A stretch of DNA of 64,000 bases from Burkholderiales bacterium (GCA_019744975.1 JAIETP010000008.1:5549-69548), one strand, 5' to 3'; shown: positions 48,421 to 57,535, counted from the first letter of the stretch. Notes: generated by a model from the sequence alone, not told the origin. Program-made: numbers and translations.

Positions 48421-51400
48421 CTCCGCGCAACCCGGCTGTTGTTGCCCTGCATTCAGGCGATTATCATAAGTATTTGATTTTATTGATAAAATTAATATTT
48501 TTCACAATCGCCATATATGGCCTGTTGCTAAGCGCGCCGGCGCAGGCCCAGGTCGCGCGCGTGCTGGATACCAAAGGCACGGCGTTGGTCGAACGCAGCG
48601 GCCAGATTCCGCGCCTGCTCGGCGCCGGTGAACGGCTTGATGAGCGTGACGTGATCAACGTCGCGCGTGACTCCTGGGCGATCCTCGAATTCAACGACCA
48701 GACCCGCATCACGCTGCGGCCGAACACCGTGTTCCGCCTCGACAGTTACAAGGCCGATGCGCCGGAAGCGATGCTGCTGGGACTGGTGAAGGGTGGACTG
48801 CGCGTGGTGACCGGTTTGCTCGGCAAGCGCAATCCCTCCGGCGTCAAAGTACAGACCGCGGTGGCGACCATCGGTATCCGCGGTACCGAGTTTGATGCGC
48901 GTTTGTGCGAAGCGGATTGTGCAGTTGAAGAACGCACGCGGCCTGCGCCGCGGCCGCTGGTGCTGCCGGTGGCGCGGGTGGTGGAGATGAATGGCGTGGT
49001 CGGTGCCGGGCGCGCCGGCGAATCAGTGCGCCTGCTGGTGCCGGGTGCGATGCTTAATGAAGGGGATGCGGTGGCCGTTGGCCGTGGCGGCAGCGCGCTG
49101 CTGGTGTTTCGTGACGGCGCGCGTGTGGCGCTGGCGCAGAACAGCCGCTTCGCGATCAACCGTTTCCGTTACAGCGAAGCGCAGCCGCGCGAAGGCTCGG
49201 CGTTTCTGACCTTGTATGACGGTTATGCACTGGTCAGCACCGGGCAACTTGCCAAGATCAGCCCTGATGCCTTTTTGTTTCGCAGCGCGCTGGGGGTGGC
49301 ACGGTTTTTGGGAAGTACCGGTGGTTTTTCCGGTTGTTTGGGTGCTGCCTGTGTCTCGGGCAGTGTATCGGTAAGCTCCGATGGCGTCACGGTGTCTGGC
49401 GGAGCGAGTGCCGGTGGGGCCAGCGCCACAGGCGAAACCACTGTAGACAGCGGTGGTGTCAGCGGATCGGGCTCAGTGACTGTAGGCAACAACACGGCAT
49501 CCGGATCGACCGGCACGGCCAAGCTCAATCTGCCCGGCGGCCAGCAGGTGCTGTCGAATGCCGAGCAGCTTGCGAATGAAGTGGTCGACGGCGTGCGTAA
49601 TATCACTGCCGTGGTGGTGTCGACGGTTGGTAACCAGAATCAGAACTTCCAGCAACAGGTGGGTAATGTTGTAACCCAGACGCAGAACACCTTCCAAAAC
49701 ACCACGCAGGTGGTCACCAATGCAGCAGTGGATCAGGCGGTCAATGCGCTGAATACGGCGACGGCACCCATCGTTGCCGAGATGACCGCGCTGCTGACGC
49801 AGATGCGCAACAACCCGCCGCAGACCGAGGCCGCCGCCCAGCAACTGTCCACGCGTGTGACGCAGTTATCCCAGTTGCTGACCACGGCATTGAATCAGGC
49901 GAGGACTGCGGCCGGGGCGGTTGCGCAGAATGATGCTTTCCGCGCGAGTTATGGTCTGGCAATGGCGGAATATCTGACCTTCAATTCGGTATTGGGGGCT
50001 GGAATGGCAGGGACTGGCGGCACTGGCGGAAGCCACTTTGCACAGCAGGCCATGTACGACTCAGAAATCAACAGGATTCTTGCCGATCCCTATGCGCTGG
50101 GCAGTATCGGCTTGGTAGGTCTCTCTGCTGGAGATTTGATCGAAGCACGTAATGCAGGTATTTACGGTGGCTCGGGTGTCATTCAGCGCGAGATCGCTTC
50201 GCACCTTGCAAGCCAGGGCAGTGCGGCGGCCAAGTCTTTTTTCAACGAAGCTCAATCAACTGCAACCACGTTCCAGCAGCGCGCAGCCGAAGAGGCGGCG
50301 CGCGTGGCTGCTGAGGCCGAGAGAATAGCCGCTGCCGCAAAAGTCGAGGCAGAGGCCAAGTTTGCTGCCCAACAGAAGATTGTCGAAGAGAAGCTCGCCC
50401 GGATCAAAGCCTTGGCTGTGTCTGCGGCGGACCGAGCCTCGTCAGCCATGAAGGAGTTGCACGCAGTTTTGGAGCGGATAAAAGGTCTTCCTGCTGACGG
50501 CGCTGCCGCAGAAACTGTTTTGGCGCAGGCGCGCAAGGACCTGACGCGAATTTCCGCAGAACTTAACGCGGTTGCAGCCTTGACTGCTGATCCGCAGTTG
50601 AGAAGCCAATTGCGACAACTTTCAGTACTCGCGACGGCGGTTATCTTGGCGCCAGGTCTGACTGGCGCGGTTGTAGCAGCGCTTGCCGTCGATGCGATAG
50701 TCGTGGCGGCACTGACGACTCTTGCCACAACCCCGGCAATGCTGGTCGCATCAGCCATGCTTTTGGAGTCGGTCGGTATGCAAGAGGCGGCTGCCGTATT
50801 ACGCGGTGCTGCCGGGGATTTTCCTGATACGGCTCAGACAGTCCTGGTGGTGCGATCAATGCTGCTCAGCCTTCCTGCGACCGCAGCCTCGGCAGCAAGG
50901 CGGACAGTCGAGAACGTATTGGCGCGGTTGGAGCAGGATGCCACCCGGTTGGCAGCACAATCATCAAGGGCTGCCGCCGATGCTAAGTTCGCCAGAGCCA
51001 AAACCGATGTACAAACTACCGCCGAGATCGCTAGGATTATTACAACATTCACTGCCAATAAGGATGTTCGGGAGGCACAGGAAAGCCTGGAAAGACTCAG
51101 GGCCGAGCTCAGCAAATTGGGTGAGCAGGGGCGTATTTTACTGGGTCAGCTTGACCGCCTTTCTTTAACTGGCGGCGATGCGGTGGCGATAATGCTTGCT
51201 TTTCTCGACGGCATGAGAAAACAGTTTTCAGCAGATCGGGGCGGCGATGCCACCTCCAATTCAGCGCAAACATCAAATTCAGAAAAGACTGCTACAGACC
51301 CGATCGTTGTTGTCCATGATGGTGCAGTAGAGATCATTGGCCGCGGCCGTGTGCTGAAAGGTGAAATGCTGGCTGCGACCGGTGGTCCGATGCGTATGGC

Positions 51401-51710
51401 CGGCCTCGCCACTGTGCCGGATGTCAAGGTGGATCCCGATCTGTTCAAAAGCGCTGATAAAGCGGTTGATGAGGGCCTCTACGTCTGGGTCCGTGACGGC
51501 GCGGTTCGTGTGACCAAGGATGCGGAGTCGGTGGATGTTGCAGCCGGCAATGCCGCGGTGGTGACGGATCATGTGCGCCTGCTCGATGTTGTGCCGAACT
51601 TCATGCGCTTTGATGGCACGCCGCGTCCGCTGCCCAGCGGCAGCGGCTCGGTGATCGATACCTTCAGGGCGGGTGACGGGGCGATACTCAATATGTGCAG
51701 TGTGCGTTGA
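48411..51710 (+). CDS. FecR-domain protein with nested domains and a large central insert
   Basis: Signal peptide; FNDQTRITLRPNT, ATIGIRGTEF; second copy FRDGARVALAQNS; C-terminal VHDGAVEI and GLYVWVRDGAV halves. Confidence 0.85.
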   Translation: MHLTPRNPAVVALHSGDYHKYLILLIKLIFFTIAIYGLLLSAPAQAQVARVLDTKGTALVERSGQIPRLLGAGERLDERDVINVARDSWAILEFNDQTRITLRPNTVFRLDSYKADAPEAMLLGLVKGGLRVVTGLLGKRNPSGVKVQTAVATIGIRGTEFDARLCEADCAVEERTRPAPRPLVLPVARVVEMNGVVGAGRAGESVRLLVPGAMLNEGDAVAVGRGGSALLVFRDGARVALAQNSRFAINRFRYSEAQPREGSAFLTLYDGYALVSTGQLAKISPDAFLFRSALGVARFLGSTGGFSGCLGAACVSGSVSVSSDGVTVSGGASAGGASATGETTVDSGGVSGSGSVTVGNNTASGSTGTAKLNLPGGQQVLSNAEQLANEVVDGVRNITAVVVSTVGNQNQNFQQQVGNVVTQTQNTFQNTTQVVTNAAVDQAVNALNTATAPIVAEMTALLTQMRNNPPQTEAAAQQLSTRVTQLSQLLTTALNQARTAAGAVAQNDAFRASYGLAMAEYLTFNSVLGAGMAGTGGTGGSHFAQQAMYDSEINRILADPYALGSIGLVGLSAGDLIEARNAGIYGGSGVIQREIASHLASQGSAAAKSFFNEAQSTATTFQQRAAEEAARVAAEAERIAAAAKVEAEAKFAAQQKIVEEKLARIKALAVSAADRASSAMKELHAVLERIKGLPADGAAAETVLAQARKDLTRISAELNAVAALTADPQLRSQLRQLSVLATAVILAPGLTGAVVAALAVDAIVVAALTTLATTPAMLVASAMLLESVGMQEAAAVLRGAAGDFPDTAQTVLVVRSMLLSLPATAASAARRTVENVLARLEQDATRLAAQSSRAAADAKFARAKTDVQTTAEIARIITTFTANKDVREAQESLERLRAELSKLGEQGRILLGQLDRLSLTGGDAVAIMLAFLDGMRKQFSADRGGDATSNSAQTSNSEKTATDPIVVVHDGAVEIIGRGRVLKGEMLAATGGPMRMAGLATVPDVKVDPDLFKSADKAVDEGLYVWVRDGAVRVTKDAESVDVAAGNAAVVTDHVRLLDVVPNFMRFDGTPRPLPSGSGSVIDTFRAGDGAILNMCSVR

Positions 51711-51795
51711 GTAAAAATATCAATAAAAACAAATACTTAATGATGACTCTCGATCTGGCTTCAGCGGCTGCACCAGTTCCCTGTCGATCTGCTAG

Positions 51796-51819
51796 GATCA
51801 TTACGATCATACTGGTCAT
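51796..51819. promoter_or_regulatory. Putative Phd-type operator, three G(A/G)TCAT repeats at 9-bp period
   Basis: gatcat-tac-gatcat-act-ggtcat just upstream of the antitoxin RBS. Confidence 0.45.
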
Positions 51820-51830
51820 GGGAGATTGCA

Positions 51831-52124
51831 ATGATCCGCGAAGCCCCCGCTGTCAAAGTGCGGCAAAACCTCGGCGAATTGCTGAACGAGGTGCAATACA
51901 AGCGCGACTCGGTGGTGATACTCAAGGATGGCAAGCCGGTAGCGGCGCTGATCGATATCGGACTGTTCGAGCGTATCCGCGCGATGGAGACGCGGTTCAC
52001 CGAAATCACCAACAAGATACAGGCTGCTTTTGCCGGCTTGAGCGATGATGAACTGGAAACACTCATTGACGAGGCGGTGGAATACGCGCGCCGTCCGCCA
52101 CGCAAGGCACGCAAATCCAAGTGA
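51831..52124 (+). CDS. Phd/YefM-family antitoxin
   Basis: VRQNLGELLNEV....VVILKDGKPVAALI. Confidence 0.9.
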   Translation: MIREAPAVKVRQNLGELLNEVQYKRDSVVILKDGKPVAALIDIGLFERIRAMETRFTEITNKIQAAFAGLSDDELETLIDEAVEYARRPPRKARKSK

Positions 52125-52636
52125 GGATCGTACTCGACACCAACGTCCTGCTCTCGGGGCTGACCCGGGCGGATCGACCGCCGGGGATTATCCTGTCAGC
52201 CTGGCACGAGGGGCAATTCGATCTGGTGATATCGGAGCCGATGATCGAGGAGATCCTGCGCGTTTTTCATTATCCCAAAGTGCGCAGGGTGCTCGCGAAA
52301 GCGGCCGTGACCTACGAGGATCCTCGCGAAATCACGGAAATGCTGAGATTGAGGGCGATCTTGGTGGACGTTACTGGCGTGGTGCTGCAGACGGTACCGC
52401 AAGACCCGAAGGACGCACTGGTGCTCGCAACGCTGATCGCAGCCGAAGCGGAATGGCTGGTCACCGGCGACAAGCGGGATCTGCTGTCGCTGGGGCTGCG
52501 CAATGTCATCACGGCGCGGGATTTCCTGTCGCGGCTCGAGGCGCTGCGCCTGCCGCCCCTGGCGGAGCAGCCGCGGGCGGCCTATCGGGTGGCGCGGGAA
52601 CGGCGCAAGCGTCCGGCAGCGGTCGCGCAAGCCTGA
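52121..52636 (+). CDS. PIN-family putative toxin
   Basis: RIVLDTNVLLSG, DPKD, LVTGDKRDLL; GTGA overlap. Confidence 0.9.
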   Translation: MRIVLDTNVLLSGLTRADRPPGIILSAWHEGQFDLVISEPMIEEILRVFHYPKVRRVLAKAAVTYEDPREITEMLRLRAILVDVTGVVLQTVPQDPKDALVLATLIAAEAEWLVTGDKRDLLSLGLRNVITARDFLSRLEALRLPPLAEQPRAAYRVARERRKRPAAVAQA

Positions 52637-54192
52637 GGCGGTTTGCCGCCGGTCTGGCCGGTGTGCTGCTACTGGCGATACTTTCGTTGGTCGCGGATGA
52701 CGCATCCGCGCAAACTGCTGCCGAGCCGCGCTTCGCCGTCAGCGGCTACAAGGTGGAAGGTGACAACCCGCTGTCGGTAGAGGCAACCCAAGCATTACTC
52801 GCGCCGTACACCGGCGAGATCGTCAGCATCGACCGCCTGCAGGCTGCCGCCGCTGCGCTGGAGCAGACCCTCAAGGACCGCGGTTACGGTTTTCTGCGTG
52901 TGGTGATTCCACCGCAGGATGCCAAGGGCGTGATCACCCTGCGTGTGCTGGCGTTCAAGCTGAACACCATCAACGTCAGCGGCAACCAGCATTTTGATAC
53001 CGATAACATCCGCCGCAGCCTGCCGGCGCTGCAAAGCGGCGCAACACCCAATCTGCTGGAAATCGCGCGCGCGCAGGCCCTGGCCAATGACCACGCCTCC
53101 AAACAACTCTCGGTGACCATCCAGCAGGGCAAGGCGACGGATACCGTCGATGCCGCGGTCAAGGTCGAAGACAGCAAGCCACTGCAGTTTTTCGCCAGCC
53201 TCGACAACACGGGCAACAAGCAAAGCGGCCATACGCGGCTGGGTGTCGGTGTGCAGCACAGCAATCTGTTCAACCGCGATCATGCGCTGACGGCGACCTG
53301 GACCACCTCGCCCGACGGCCATGTCGATGATCTGTCGCAGTATGGTTTTTATTACCGCGCGCCGATCTACGCATGGAACGGCGCCCTGTCGGCGTATTAC
53401 ACGCGGTCTGACACCGATTCCGGCGTGGTGGCGAATTTTTTCAATGTCAGCGGCAGCGGTGAATTTTATGGAATACGCTGGACGCACCGCCTGCTGCCTT
53501 TTGGCAGTTACAGCCATGCCGCCGAGGTCGGCCTCGAAAACCGTTTTTTCGGCAATGACGTGACGTTCAGCGGCACCCCCATCGGCACCGATGTGCGCAG
53601 CCGGCCGCTGCTGCTGCGCTACAGCGGGCGGCTCGATGGCGCGGCGTATGGCGTGCGCGGCAGCCTGGAATTCGCGCGCAACCTCTCCGGCGGTGCCAAC
53701 AACACGGATATTGAATACGCCGCGAATCGCGCAGGTGCGACCGCGGACTGGCAGGCCTGGCGTTACTCGGTGGAGGGTTCGCAGGCGCTGGGGGCCTGGG
53801 CCGTCACTGCAAAACTGCGCGGCCAGGCATCAAGCGACGCGCTGATTCCCGGTGAACAGTTCGGCTTGGGTGGCGCATCCGGCGTACGCGGGCTGGAAGA
53901 ACGTGAAGGAACCGGTGGCCAGGGCCTGCTCGGCAGTATCGAAGCAATGACGCCGCAGATTGTCGAAGGCCTGCGCCTGCTGGCCTTCGCTGATGCCGGC
54001 CAGGTGCGCAACCATCAGGCCGGGGCCGGTGTGCCGGAACGGGAAGGCGCCTCCGGTGCGGGCCTCGGCATGCGTTACCAGTGGCGGCGCAATTTCACCA
54101 TGGCGGTGGACTGGGCTTATGTGCTGAACGGTGCGGGTACGACCAACAAACACGACAACCGCGCGCACGCTACTTTGGCATTCCGCTACTAG
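52633..54192 (+). CDS. TpsB ShlB/FhaC/HecB-family outer-membrane transporter (start uncertain)
   Basis: Signal-like LRRFAAGLAGVLLL..ASAQ, POTRA (VVIPPQ), LDNTG, EQFGLGG..GVRG, terminal AFRY. Confidence 0.9.
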   Translation: MRRFAAGLAGVLLLAILSLVADDASAQTAAEPRFAVSGYKVEGDNPLSVEATQALLAPYTGEIVSIDRLQAAAAALEQTLKDRGYGFLRVVIPPQDAKGVITLRVLAFKLNTINVSGNQHFDTDNIRRSLPALQSGATPNLLEIARAQALANDHASKQLSVTIQQGKATDTVDAAVKVEDSKPLQFFASLDNTGNKQSGHTRLGVGVQHSNLFNRDHALTATWTTSPDGHVDDLSQYGFYYRAPIYAWNGALSAYYTRSDTDSGVVANFFNVSGSGEFYGIRWTHRLLPFGSYSHAAEVGLENRFFGNDVTFSGTPIGTDVRSRPLLLRYSGRLDGAAYGVRGSLEFARNLSGGANNTDIEYAANRAGATADWQAWRYSVEGSQALGAWAVTAKLRGQASSDALIPGEQFGLGGASGVRGLEEREGTGGQGLLGSIEAMTPQIVEGLRLLAFADAGQVRNHQAGAGVPEREGASGAGLGMRYQWRRNFTMAVDWAYVLNGAGTTNKHDNRAHATLAFRY

Positions 54193-54222
54193 GTTGGCAT
54201 CACTGTCAGCCGGGGTCATCCC

Positions 54223-54867
54223 ATGACGCAACAGCCGAAACTCCTGCCTTGTCCCTGCTGCGGGAACAAGACATTGTCGCGGCGTGGCGCCGGCGAGGAA
54301 TGCAGGCGCTGCCGCTGGTGTGATGATCCCGGGCAGAATGAACAACAGGCCGACCAGGTGATTGAGGGGCGCAACCACGGGCTGAGCCTGAACGCGGCGC
54401 GCAAGGTTCATCAGCACTACGGTTCGATCAGGCCAGCGGACTACATCCCCAACCATGTGCCGCTGGGCCGGCGGGTGTTCAGCGGCGTGATCGCTGCGCT
54501 GGTCATCGCCTACTGCGGGTTCAGCCTGTGGGTCGGGACCATGATCCTGCCGGGTGGCAGCGGTAACCGGCGGCCTGTTCAGCTTGAGGGAATGGAAGTC
54601 TGGCTGATGGTTGCGGCGGGGGTGGCCGGGGTGATGTACGGCGTACTGGCCATCGTCGATCACTACGACAAACGCCGCAACGAACATGTCTATCACAAGG
54701 CGGTGAAAGTCAGCTATGTGCTGATGGCGGTGTTCATGGGCCTGGCGCTCGTGGTCAAGGTGTACCGTGAGTTTGGCGGGTGGCTTGCGTTGGCGATGGG
54801 TTTCATGATGCTGGTGATCGTGTGCGGGGTGATTACCAGCGTCAGGGATCAGAAGATCGAATACTGA
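54223..54867 (+). CDS. CPCC cysteine-rich Zn-finger membrane protein, paralogue 1
   Basis: CPCC..RGAGEECRRCRW.DD...N.GLSL..AR, ~4 TM segments, DHYDKRRNE. Confidence 0.8.
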   Translation: MTQQPKLLPCPCCGNKTLSRRGAGEECRRCRWCDDPGQNEQQADQVIEGRNHGLSLNAARKVHQHYGSIRPADYIPNHVPLGRRVFSGVIAALVIAYCGFSLWVGTMILPGGSGNRRPVQLEGMEVWLMVAAGVAGVMYGVLAIVDHYDKRRNEHVYHKAVKVSYVLMAVFMGLALVVKVYREFGGWLALAMGFMMLVIVCGVITSVRDQKIEY

Positions 54868-54882
54868 TAGCCGATATTGCCA

Positions 54883-55776
54883 ATGACTCCGCCCAGCGAA
54901 AAATACGACCTGCTGCTGACCGGCCGCATCCTGCCCGGCCACAAACGCGAGGTGGTGGCGGCTGCGCTGGCGAAACTGATGCGGATATCCGAAGCGCAGG
55001 CGCTGGAACTGCTGTCGGGGCGTGAGCAGACCGTCAAAGGCGGACTTGAACTGGCTGCAATGGGGCGTTATGTCCGGGCGCTGCGCGATGCGGGTGTGGA
55101 GACCCGTGCCGAGCTGGCGATCGCCGGTGCAATGATGGATTGCCCCTGCTGCCGCAAGCGTTCCCTGAAGCAGCGCGGTGCCGGCGAGTTGTGCCGGGTC
55201 TGCGGCTGGCGGGATGATGCGGAGCAGAACGAGTCCTGTCCTGATCAGGTGATTCCCGGACGCAACTGGGGGTACAGCCTCGCGCAGGCGCAAAAACAAT
55301 TCGCTGAACGGGGTTCGCTGGAGCCGCTGAGTTACGTGCCCAATGTGGTGCCGCTGAAAAAACGCATCACCGAAACGCTGGTGACTTTGCTGGTTCTGGC
55401 CTATTGCGGCTACAGCCTGTGGCGCGATGCATTGTTCATACCCAACATCAGCCGTAATCAATTCGGCAGCGTACCGAGCTTCACGCTGCACGGTGTTGAG
55501 GCTTGGCTGGTTTCAGGGGCGCTGCTTTTTGGCGTGCTGCAGTTTTTTGTGCCTGTCATCGACCATTACGACAAACGCAACAACGAGGCGCTCTCCGAAA
55601 AGATCGCACTGATCTGCCGGGTGCTGATGTTTGTGTTTCTGGCGCTGTGGCTGGGGGCGAATATTTATCTGGGATCAGGTGGCGACCTGCGGGTGCTTGC
55701 GGTGCTTGTAGTGGTGGGGGTGGTATTGCTGGTGATGGGCATCAAGGTCTACAAGAACAGAAATAAATATCAATAA
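54883..55776 (+). CDS. CPCC cysteine-rich membrane protein, paralogue 2, with extra N-terminal domain
   Basis: YDLLLTG..VAAALAKL.. N-domain; CPCC..RGAGELCRVCGW; DHYDKRNNE. Confidence 0.8.
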   Translation: MTPPSEKYDLLLTGRILPGHKREVVAAALAKLMRISEAQALELLSGREQTVKGGLELAAMGRYVRALRDAGVETRAELAIAGAMMDCPCCRKRSLKQRGAGELCRVCGWRDDAEQNESCPDQVIPGRNWGYSLAQAQKQFAERGSLEPLSYVPNVVPLKKRITETLVTLLVLAYCGYSLWRDALFIPNISRNQFGSVPSFTLHGVEAWLVSGALLFGVLQFFVPVIDHYDKRNNEALSEKIALICRVLMFVFLALWLGANIYLGSGGDLRVLAVLVVVGVVLLVMGIKVYKNRNKYQ

Positions 55777-55827
55777 AATCAAATACTTATGTAATTTTAT
55801 AGTGTCGCGCTTATTGTGGGAGGGAAG

Positions 55828-56877
55828 ATGAGTGTGCCCTGGTTGAGTGAGCGTTACATGCTGCTGATCAGCGGCAAGCTGCGCGCCGGATTGTCCCGCG
55901 CCGAGGCGGCTGACGCTTTGCAGCGCCTGCTGGCAGTGGATGCAGCGCAGGCCGCGCATTGGCTGCAGGGCGGCTGGCAATTGTTGCGTATCGGGCTTGA
56001 TGCCGGCGAGGCGAAGCGCCTGGCCGGGCTGCTGTCCAAGGCGGGCATGGAGACAAGGCAGCGGCGGATGACCGACGCCGAGAAAGCCCATGCCATGGGC
56101 TACCGTGAAAGCGCCGCAGATTTGCGGGCCTTCGAGGACGATCAGGAGACATTGAGCGCGGCGCATCCCGAACTGGTGCCGGCGCTGGAGGCGATGTCGA
56201 TGCCGGCCCATCCTGAAGAAAACCAGCCAGCGTCGGGGAAACTGCCTTGCCCCTGCTGCGGCTGGCCGGCGCTGACACAGCGTGGCGCGGGTGAGGAATG
56301 CGTGGCCTGCGGCTGGCGTGATTATCGCGGGCAAAGCGAATATCAGCCGGACAAGGTGGTGCCGGGGCGTAATTTCGGCCTGAACCTGTCCGAAGCGCGC
56401 AAGGAATACGAGGCCTATGGTTCGATCAATCCGGCGCACTACACGCCGAATGCAGTGCCGCTGCGTACGCGGTTTTTCAATATTCTGCTGGCGCTGTTTT
56501 TTGTGGCTTATTCCGGTTACTGCCTGTGGATTGGCCAGATGTATTTTCCGTTCATCAACAAATATGCGCCGGGCCAGAGCATGGCCATTACTTTTCAAGG
56601 AGCCGAAACCTGGGTGATGGCGGCGGCTTTGCTGAGCTCGGTGCTGTTCTGTGTGCTGTCTGTCGTTGATCACTATGACAAAAGACGCAACGAACGCAGC
56701 TACCAGCTAGGAGTGCAAATCAGTATGGTGCTGTTCGGTTTGTTCATGATGATTGCAATGATCATGTACACATTCCGGGTGGAAGGTCTGGGTACCGCGT
56801 TGTGGATGGTGTTTGGAACGCTGGTGATACTGGGCGCGCTGGCCGTGCGTTTCAGCCGCGGCAGGATTGAATACTGA
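55828..56877 (+). CDS. CPCC cysteine-rich membrane protein, paralogue 3, with extra N-terminal domain
   Basis: GGAGG RBS; YMLLISG N-domain; CPCC..RGAGEECVACGW; DHYDKRRNE. Confidence 0.8.
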   Translation: MSVPWLSERYMLLISGKLRAGLSRAEAADALQRLLAVDAAQAAHWLQGGWQLLRIGLDAGEAKRLAGLLSKAGMETRQRRMTDAEKAHAMGYRESAADLRAFEDDQETLSAAHPELVPALEAMSMPAHPEENQPASGKLPCPCCGWPALTQRGAGEECVACGWRDYRGQSEYQPDKVVPGRNFGLNLSEARKEYEAYGSINPAHYTPNAVPLRTRFFNILLALFFVAYSGYCLWIGQMYFPFINKYAPGQSMAITFQGAETWVMAAALLSSVLFCVLSVVDHYDKRRNERSYQLGVQISMVLFGLFMMIAMIMYTFRVEGLGTALWMVFGTLVILGALAVRFSRGRIEY

Positions 56878-56888
56878 GCTGAGTGCCG

Positions 56889-57482
56889 ATGGATGCAGGA
56901 AGGGATGACGCCATGAATAAAGGCATCGAATTCCAGAACATTGATCTCGCCCTGTTTAAGCGCCTGCTGCGGGAGCGGCCGTTCGCGGTCCTGGCCGTGC
57001 TGTCGCTGGCGGGTTGCGTATTCGTGCCGCATGGCAATACCTTCAGCGCCGGACAGATGATGACCACGCCACTGCTGGTTGGTGGCTGTGCGGGATTTGT
57101 CCTGGCGCTGTCCGCGGCGCTGCGTGATCCGGAGGTGGCGGAGCGCCGCCCGATGCTGTTCGACACGCGCAACGCCTTGTTCTACGCGATCCAGGCCGCG
57201 GTGGTTGCCGGACTTGCCGCCATCCTGCTGTCTTATGCCGTGAACCGCTGGATACCCGCGGGGTCGTGGCAGTGGCGGGAGTTGCAGGTCAAGGCCGTGC
57301 ATCGTGAATCGGGTCGTTTCGGTCTCAGCGAGACGGCATTCATCAACGAGGAGCGATGCTGCCTCGGCTTGTCAGGCACGGATTATGGCGGAGTCGGCGC
57401 GCGGGTCGAGTTCCGCATGCGGCGGGGTCTGCTCGGCTACTGGGTCTACAGCGAATACCGCCACCCCGCAAGTCCACGGTGA
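56889..57482 (+). CDS. Hypothetical membrane protein (start uncertain)
   Basis: Three TM segments and C-terminal RRGLLGY; co-oriented with the CPCC genes. Confidence 0.65.
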   Translation: MDAGRDDAMNKGIEFQNIDLALFKRLLRERPFAVLAVLSLAGCVFVPHGNTFSAGQMMTTPLLVGGCAGFVLALSAALRDPEVAERRPMLFDTRNALFYAIQAAVVAGLAAILLSYAVNRWIPAGSWQWRELQVKAVHRESGRFGLSETAFINEERCCLGLSGTDYGGVGARVEFRMRRGLLGYWVYSEYRHPASPR

Positions 57483-57503
57483 TGCGTAATGGTATGGAGT
57501 AAC

Positions 57504-57535
57504 AAAAAAACGGCCGGGAAATCCCGGCCGTTTTT
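57504..57535. terminator. Bidirectional rho-independent terminator
   Basis: AAAAAAACGGCCGGGA-AA-TCCCGGCCGTTTTT between convergent genes. Confidence 0.9.

Noticed and set aside
52045-52632. N-terminal extension of the TpsB ORF
   Set aside because: Overlaps the well-supported PIN toxin in another frame; low-complexity translation
42600-56877. Diversity-generating retroelement behind the TpsA repeats or CPCC paralogues
   Set aside because: No reverse transcriptase, and differences are not adenine-specific
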